Positions 26,816 through 32,000 of a stretch of DNA of 32,000 bases are shown here, one piece after another; position 1 is the stretch's first letter, and the number at the start of each line of letters is the position of its first letter. The position numbers were made by a program, and so were the translations under genes. This DNA comes from Delftia acidovorans NBRC 14950 (GTDB taxonomy: Bacteria > Pseudomonadota > Gammaproteobacteria > Burkholderiales > Burkholderiaceae_C), in contig NZ_BCZP01000004.1 in NCBI RefSeq assembly GCF_001598795.1, forward strand, positions 90,001-122,000, in the 5' to 3' direction. Below the pieces are notes generated by a model. The model was not told the DNA's origin and made no database searches. It was given only the letters and a program-made list of their open reading frames with translations.

Positions 26816-27706
26816 TCACAGGGTGCTCCACTCGAACATGCGACGGTTGACGGTCTTGAAGATGAAATCGGACACCAGGCCGATGAGGCCGATCACGATG
26901 ATGCCGAAGATGATCTGGCCCGTGTTCAGCAGCGCCTGGCTGTCGGTGATCATGTGGCCGATGCCCGAGGACGAGCCGATCAGCTCGGCCACGATCACAT
27001 AGGTCCAGGCCCAGCCCAGCACCAGGCGCAGCGTCTCGGCAATGCCGGGCGCGGCGCCCGGAATCAGCACGCGGCGCACCACGCCGGTGTTGGAGGCGCC
27101 CAGCGTGTAGGCGGCCTCCACCAGGTCCTTGCGCGCGCCGCCCACGGTCACGGCCACCATCAGCGTGATCTGGAACACCGAGCCGATGAAGATGACCAGC
27201 AGCTTCTGCGTCTCGCCCACGCCGGCCCACAGGATCAGCAGCGGGATGAAGGCCGAGGCCGGCAGGTAGCGGCAGAACGACACGAAGGGCTCGAAGAAGG
27301 CCTCGACCGGCTTCCAGGCGCCCATAGCGATGCCCAGGGGCACGGCCACGACCGAGGCCAGGATGAAGCCGCCCATCACGCGCCATACCGTCATGCCGAT
27401 GTCGTGCAGGAAACCGTATTCGGTGAACAGCAGCACGCCCTCGCGCGCCATGGTCATGGGGCTGGCCAGAAAGGTCGGGGAGACGAAGCCGCCCAGCGTC
27501 ACAGCCGCCCAGACGAGAAAGAACAGCACGAAAAAGGCCACACCCAGCACCCACTTGGCCGTGGGGCTGACGGGCTCCAGCGGCGCCATGCGGCGGCGGC
27601 GGACGGGGGCTGGCGCCGCGGCGGGCGCGGGAGCGTGCGGTGTGGCGTGGGTCATGGGCTTGTTAGCCGGCTGGACTGCGGAAGTGGATGCGGCTTGCAT
27701 GGTCAT
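26816..27706 (-). CDS. ABC transporter permease (binding-protein-dependent inner-membrane component)
   Basis: Track ORF 26816..27706(-). It has multiple hydrophobic helices and an EAA-like loop (VEAAYTLGASNTGVVRRVLIPGAAPGI). The N-terminal approx. 40 aa are Pro/Ala-rich, so the start could be further downstream. Confidence 0.88.
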   Translation of the reverse strand: MTMQAASTSAVQPANKPMTHATPHAPAPAAAPAPVRRRRMAPLEPVSPTAKWVLGVAFFVLFFLVWAAVTLGGFVSPTFLASPMTMAREGVLLFTEYGFLHDIGMTVWRVMGGFILASVVAVPLGIAMGAWKPVEAFFEPFVSFCRYLPASAFIPLLILWAGVGETQKLLVIFIGSVFQITLMVAVTVGGARKDLVEAAYTLGASNTGVVRRVLIPGAAPGIAETLRLVLGWAWTYVIVAELIGSSSGIGHMITDSQALLNTGQIIFGIIVIGLIGLVSDFIFKTVNRRMFEWSTL

Positions 27707-27718
27707 CCCCTGGCGGGC

Positions 27719-28693
27719 TTACTGGATGAAGCTGGCGTCGTACATCACGCCATAGTTCTCGGGGATGGAGCGGATGATGCCGGCCTCCTTGAGGATCACG
27801 GCCGACTCCTTCATGAAGGGCACCAGCTCGTTGGCGAAGAATTTCTGGTTGGCTTCCTTGTCGGACCACTTCAGGTAGGAGGCCGACTTGCCGAACTGCT
27901 CGCCACCCTGCTTGACGGCTGCGCCCATGATCTCGAAGGACTTGGTCTTGTCGGCCTCGATCATGGCCACCGCATCGAAATACGACTGGGCCAGCGCCTT
28001 GGCCGCGGCCGCGTTGGCCTTGAGCCACTTGGGATCGCAGCCCACCGTGTCCATGACCATGGGGTAGTCGATGGTGGTGGCCAGGATCTTGCCCGCCGCC
28101 GGGTTGGCGCGGATGGTGGACAGGTAGGGCTCGTAGCTCATGGCCGCATCGTTCTGGCCGGCCACGAAGGCCTGGGCCGCGGGCTGCGGCTCCAGCGAGA
28201 CGGTCTTCACATCCTTCATGGTCATGCCGTTCTTGTGCAGCATCCAGGCCAGGCCGAAGTACGGCGCCGTGCCCGGCGCGCTCACGGCCACCGTCTTGCC
28301 CTTGAGGTCGGCAAAGCCCTTGACGTCATTGCGCACGGCGATGCCGTCGGCGCCATAGGACTTGTCCATCTGGAAGATCTGCACGATGGGCACGCCGTTG
28401 GTGTTCCAGGCCACATGCGTCTCGATGGTGGTGGCCGCGCACTGGATGGCGCCCGAGGCCAGGGCCAGGTGGCGGTCCTTCTGCGGAATCATCTTCAGGT
28501 CCACCGCCAGGCCGTTCTTCTTGAAGATGCCGGCCTTGTCGGCCAGGGTCAGCGGCGCAAAGCCGGTCCAGCCCGACATGCCCAGGGTGATCTTGGTCTC
28601 CTGCGCGGCAGCGGGCTGCAGTGCGGCGGCAAGGCAGAGGGCGGCGGCCAGCGGCCCCAGGGGCAGGCGGCGGAACGTGGGGATCGAACTCAT
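27719..28693 (-). CDS. ABC transporter periplasmic substrate-binding protein (NMT1/SsuA-like), 324 aa
   Basis: Part of track ORF 27719..28978(-). The ATG at 28693 is preceded by AGGAG. The signal peptide is MSSIPTFRRLPLGPLAAALCLAAALQPAAAQE. The gene is followed 12 nt later by the permease gene. Confidence 0.85.
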   Translation of the reverse strand: MSSIPTFRRLPLGPLAAALCLAAALQPAAAQETKITLGMSGWTGFAPLTLADKAGIFKKNGLAVDLKMIPQKDRHLALASGAIQCAATTIETHVAWNTNGVPIVQIFQMDKSYGADGIAVRNDVKGFADLKGKTVAVSAPGTAPYFGLAWMLHKNGMTMKDVKTVSLEPQPAAQAFVAGQNDAAMSYEPYLSTIRANPAAGKILATTIDYPMVMDTVGCDPKWLKANAAAAKALAQSYFDAVAMIEADKTKSFEIMGAAVKQGGEQFGKSASYLKWSDKEANQKFFANELVPFMKESAVILKEAGIIRSIPENYGVMYDASFIQ

Positions 28694-28793
28694 GTGGCAC
28701 TCCTCGGTCGGGAAAGCAAGTTGGCGATGGCAGTTTCGGGGTCCGCAGGCAGACCAGTGCGGGAGCCCGAAGTGTGTTTTTGCCGACCGGACA

Positions 28794-28803
28794 TGTATAT
28801 ACA
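28794..28803. promoter_or_regulatory. Candidate HutC operator upstream of the ABC transporter-hutC operon (TGTATATACA)
   Basis: This is a perfect 10-bp palindrome matching the TGTA-N2-TACA HutC-type operator. It lies 101 nt upstream of the substrate-binding-protein ATG in a lower-GC spacer. Confidence 0.5.
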
Positions 28804-28967
28804 GGATTACCCGGCAAACCGGTGATGGAGCGAGCATCCTGCATCTACCTGCGATCAACACATAGAGCAACAGCAAATGCCGTGCCAACCAAGCTTGTCC
28901 ATACAACCTGGGGAAAATCCCGGGTAGCAGCTCACCACCGTGGTGCATGCCACGGGGCTGCGCGCCG

Positions 28968-29858
28968 CTACGGTGCAATCACGGCACGCGCCACCTTCAA
29001 GAACGGTGCAATCAGCGGCGAGGCATTGCCCGCCGGCACGGCCAGCACCACGCCCTGGGGGGCCACGCGGCCCCGGATGCGGCGGCAGGCCAGGCGCTGG
29101 CCATCGTGGGCGCGGTCCACCACTGGCCGCGTGGTCAGCACGCTCAGGCCGTGGCCATTGGCCACCATGGAGCGCAGCATCTCGATGGAGGCGAATTCAT
29201 GGGCCACCAGTGGCGTCACGCCGGCCTCGCGGAACAGCGACAGGAAATACTCGCGGCTGTGCGGAAGGTTGATCAGCACCAGCGGGTAGCGGGCCACCTC
29301 GGCCAGCCCCACGCTGGTCCTGGCCGCCAGCGCATGGCGCTGCGGCAGCAGCACATAGGGCGGCAGCGCCGCCACGGGCAGCAGCTCCATGCGGGGACGC
29401 GCCAGGCCCGTGTCGTACTGCAGGGCCGCATCGAGCTCGCCGCGCTCCACCTGCTGCGTGAGCGAGGCGATATCGCCCTCCACCAGCTCCAGCGCAATGC
29501 CGGGGTGCAGGCGCTGCATCTGCGCCAGCAGGGCAGGCACCCAGCGCGCGCCCAGCGTGCTCAGAAAACCCAGGCGCAGCACGCCCGCCATCGCCGCCGT
29601 GCGCGGCCCCTGCAGGCTGCGTGCGCCGTCCAGCAGCGCCTGGGCCTCGCGGCTGCGCACCGCGCCGGCCGCCGTGAGATCCAGCCCCCTGGCATGGCGG
29701 CGCACGAACAGCGCCTCGCCCCACAGCGCCTCCAGGTCGGCAATCGCCTTGGAGATGGACGGCTGGGACACGCCGATGGCCTCGGCCGCGCGCGCCGTGC
29801 TGCCATGGCGTGCGGCGGCCACGAAATACTCCAGCTGGCGCAGGCTGATCTGGATCAT
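28968..29858 (-). CDS. LysR-family transcriptional regulator, 296 aa
   Basis: Track ORF 28968..29858(-). The N-terminal HTH is MIQISLRQLEYFVAAARHGSTARAAEAIGVSQPSISKAIADLEALWGEALFVRR. It is divergent from the CoA-transferase gene. Confidence 0.92.
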   Translation of the reverse strand: MIQISLRQLEYFVAAARHGSTARAAEAIGVSQPSISKAIADLEALWGEALFVRRHARGLDLTAAGAVRSREAQALLDGARSLQGPRTAAMAGVLRLGFLSTLGARWVPALLAQMQRLHPGIALELVEGDIASLTQQVERGELDAALQYDTGLARPRMELLPVAALPPYVLLPQRHALAARTSVGLAEVARYPLVLINLPHSREYFLSLFREAGVTPLVAHEFASIEMLRSMVANGHGLSVLTTRPVVDRAHDGQRLACRRIRGRVAPQGVVLAVPAGNASPLIAPFLKVARAVIAP

Positions 29859-29872
29859 CTTTTTAAATGCAG

Positions 29873-29904
29873 TGAATCAGGAATGAATATTTTCCATTGA
29901 TTCA
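29873..29904. promoter_or_regulatory. Inverted repeat in the LysR / CoA-transferase divergent promoter region (possible LysR site)
   Basis: TGAATCA (29873-29879) and TGATTCA (29898-29904) are symmetric about a central AATATT, within a 94-nt AT-rich spacer. Assigning it to the LysR protein is inference. Confidence 0.3.
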
Positions 29905-29952
29905 ATCCCACGCCAGCATGCAGCCATAGACCACCCGTCCAAGGCTGCACCC

Positions 29953-31194
29953 ATGACCGAGTCCACCCCCCTCACCGCCCGCCCGCTCGACGGCGTGCGC
30001 ATTCTCGACTTCACGCGCGTGCTGGCCGGGCCGCTGTCCACGGCCCTGCTGGCCGACCTGGGCGCCGAGGTCGTCAAGATCGAGCCACCGCAGGGCGACG
30101 ACTACCGCGCCATCGGCCCCATGAACAACGGAGAAAGCGCGCTGTTCACGGTGATGAACCGCAACAAGCAAAGCCTGGTGCTGGACCTCAAGCACCCTGA
30201 GGCCGTGGCCCTGGTCCACGAGATGGCGGCCCAGGCCGACGTGGTGGTGGAGAACTTCCGGCCCGGCGTGGCCGAGCGCCTGGGCATCGGCGCAAGCCAG
30301 TTGCGGGCGCTCAATCCGCGCCTGGTCTACGTCAGCGTCTCGGGCTTCGGGCAGACCGGGCCGCTGGCCCACCGGCCGGCCTACGACATCATCGTGCAGG
30401 CCATGAGCGGCCTCATGGAGGCCACGGGCGAGCCCGATGGCGCGCCCACCGTGGTGGGCGAGGCCGTCAGCGACGTGGTGGCCGGCCTGTTCGCCTCCTG
30501 GGCCACGCTGGCCGCGCTGCTGCAGGCCCGCGCCACGGGACACGGCCAGCAGGTGGACGTGGCCATGTTCGACACCACGCTGAGTTTTCTGGCCACCTCG
30601 GTGGCGCGCTACCTGTTCACGGGCCGGCCCGCGCGCCGCGTAGGCAACCGCCATCCGCTGTCGGCCCCCTTCGGCGTGTACCGCGCAGGCGACGGCCACT
30701 TCGCGCTGGCCGTGCTCAACAACAAGCTGTTCGCCGCCGCCCTGCAGGCCATGGAACTGGGCAGCCTGGCCGGCGACCCGCGCTTTGCCAGCGACGAATC
30801 ACGCTCGGCCCACGAACCCGCGCTGCGCGAGGCCATCGAGGCCTGGGCCGGCCGCCATGAAGTGGCGCAGGTGGTGGCCGCGCTGGATGCGGCCGGCGTG
30901 CCCGCCGCGCCCATCTGGAACATTGCCCAGGCGCTGGAATCACCCCAGAGCCAGGCACGCGGCCTGCTCGGCGCGGTGCAGGACGAGCGCCTGCCCGGCC
31001 TGCGCCTGCCCACCCAGCCCGTGCATTTCAGCGGCGCCGCACCCAACCGCGCCGAGCGCGCACCGGCCCTGGGCGAGCACACCGAGGCCCTGCTCTCGCA
31101 GTGGCTGGGCCGGGGCGCCGAAGCCATTGCCGCGCTGCGCGCATCCGGTGCCCTGGGCACCGCAGGCGCGGCCCCCTCTTCCCCATCACATTGA
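29953..31194 (+). CDS. Family III CoA-transferase (CaiB/BaiF family), 413 aa
   Basis: Track ORF 29953..31194(+). Motifs are LDGVRILDFTRVLAGPLSTALLADLGAEVVKIEPPQGDD and ENFRPGVAERLGIG, and the catalytic-Asp region is GEAVSDVVAGL. Confidence 0.9.
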   Translation: MTESTPLTARPLDGVRILDFTRVLAGPLSTALLADLGAEVVKIEPPQGDDYRAIGPMNNGESALFTVMNRNKQSLVLDLKHPEAVALVHEMAAQADVVVENFRPGVAERLGIGASQLRALNPRLVYVSVSGFGQTGPLAHRPAYDIIVQAMSGLMEATGEPDGAPTVVGEAVSDVVAGLFASWATLAALLQARATGHGQQVDVAMFDTTLSFLATSVARYLFTGRPARRVGNRHPLSAPFGVYRAGDGHFALAVLNNKLFAAALQAMELGSLAGDPRFASDESRSAHEPALREAIEAWAGRHEVAQVVAALDAAGVPAAPIWNIAQALESPQSQARGLLGAVQDERLPGLRLPTQPVHFSGAAPNRAERAPALGEHTEALLSQWLGRGAEAIAALRASGALGTAGAAPSSPSH

Positions 31195-31204
31195 GCGAAC
31201 TTCC

Positions 31205-32000
31205 ATGAACTTCCAACGACTGGGCACCACCGCCGAAGACCACGCCATTGCCGATGCCGTGGCCCGATTTGCCGACGACTCACTCGCCCCGCTGGCGCAG
31301 CGCATGGACGAAGAGGCACTGTCCGCCACCTGCCATGTGCCGGGCCTGGCAGCCCTGGGCGTGATGGGAATGAACCTGCCCGAGGCGCTGGGCGGCCCCG
31401 GCGTCACGCCCACGGCCATGCTGCTGTCCCTGGTGGCCATCTCGCGCGCCTGCGCGGCCACCTCGTCCATGATCGGCGCCCACTACCTGGGCACCGATGC
31501 CGTGCTCATCGGCGGCGACGACGCCCAGCGCCAGCAGTGGCTGCCGCACTGCGCCAGCGGCGAATGGCTGGCCGCCTTTGCGCTGACCGAGCCGCGCGGC
31601 GGCTCCCACCCGGCCGACATGCGCACGCGCGCCGTGCGCGATGGGGACGACTATCTGATCACGGGCGTCAAGCACTTCATCTCCAACGCCGCCGAGGCGC
31701 GCTTCATGGTGGTCTTCGCCAAGACCGACATGGAGGCCGGCGCGCGCGGCGTCAGCGCCTTCATCGTGCCGCGCGATCTGCCCGGCATCCAGGTCTCGGC
31801 GCCCGAAAAGCTCATGGGCATCCGCGGCGGCCATGCCTTCGAGGTATCGCTGGACGGCGTGCGCGTGCCTGCCAGCCACCGGCTGGGCGCCGAGGGCACA
31901 GGCTTCAAGACGGCGATGAAGGTGCTGGACAACAGCCGCCTGGACGTGGCGGCCACCGCCCTGGGCGTGGCCGAGGCCGCCCTGGCCGCCGCCGCGCAAT
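31205..32000 (+). CDS. Acyl-CoA dehydrogenase family protein (partial; 3' end outside the window)
   Basis: My translation from ATG 31205 is MNFQRLGTTAEDHAIADAVARFADDSLAPLAQRMDEE...LAAFALTEPRGGSHPADMRTRAVRDGDDYLITGVKHFISNA...GFKTAMKVLDNSRLDVAATALGVAEAAL. The frame stays open to the window end, so the gene is not in the ORF track. Confidence 0.88.
   Translation, partial: MNFQRLGTTAEDHAIADAVARFADDSLAPLAQRMDEEALSATCHVPGLAALGVMGMNLPEALGGPGVTPTAMLLSLVAISRACAATSSMIGAHYLGTDAVLIGGDDAQRQQWLPHCASGEWLAAFALTEPRGGSHPADMRTRAVRDGDDYLITGVKHFISNAAEARFMVVFAKTDMEAGARGVSAFIVPRDLPGIQVSAPEKLMGIRGGHAFEVSLDGVRVPASHRLGAEGTGFKTAMKVLDNSRLDVAATALGVAEAALAAAAQ

Overview
GC-rich (roughly 68-70% by eye) proteobacterial chromosomal window. 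The protein sequences look Burkholderiales/Comamonadaceae-like, but that is inference only. The window has five blocks. (1) 1-5298, minus strand: a MexEF-OprN-like tripartite RND efflux operon (adaptor, RND pump, NodT-type outer-membrane lipoprotein) behind a SoxR-type promoter with a 19-bp spacer. (2) 5718-12904, plus strand: the most interesting region, a retron-like locus. It holds a ~1050-aa Ala/Leu-rich helical-repeat protein, a 575-aa protein ending in a SWIM zinc finger, and a 227-nt structured non-coding element bounded by a perfect 12-bp inverted repeat (msr-msd-like). It ends with a retron-type reverse transcriptase (NAxxH, YADD, VTG motifs) that has a long N-terminal extension and C-terminal transmembrane segments. 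This gene content matches what I recall of the bioinformatically defined, experimentally uncharacterised 'type XIII' retrons (ARM + WHSWIM + RT). (3) 12925-14900: an AraC-family regulator, a 127-aa orphan ORF and soxR, with a second, nearly identical SoxR promoter module. The two modules form a 46-nt direct repeat bracketing about 8.9 kb that includes the retron. (4) 14901-28693, minus strand: a histidine-utilisation cluster (hutH-U-D-I, an embedded FAD-linked oxidase and HisC-like aminotransferase, hutF-G). Upstream lie a NitT/TauT-type ABC transporter and hutC, and there are two TGTA-N2-TACA HutC-operator candidates. (5) 28968-32000: a LysR regulator divergent from a family III CoA-transferase and a partial acyl-CoA dehydrogenase. 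I saw no rRNA, tRNA, CRISPR array, transposase or integrase. Many long ORFs in the six-frame track are antisense artefacts typical of high-GC DNA.
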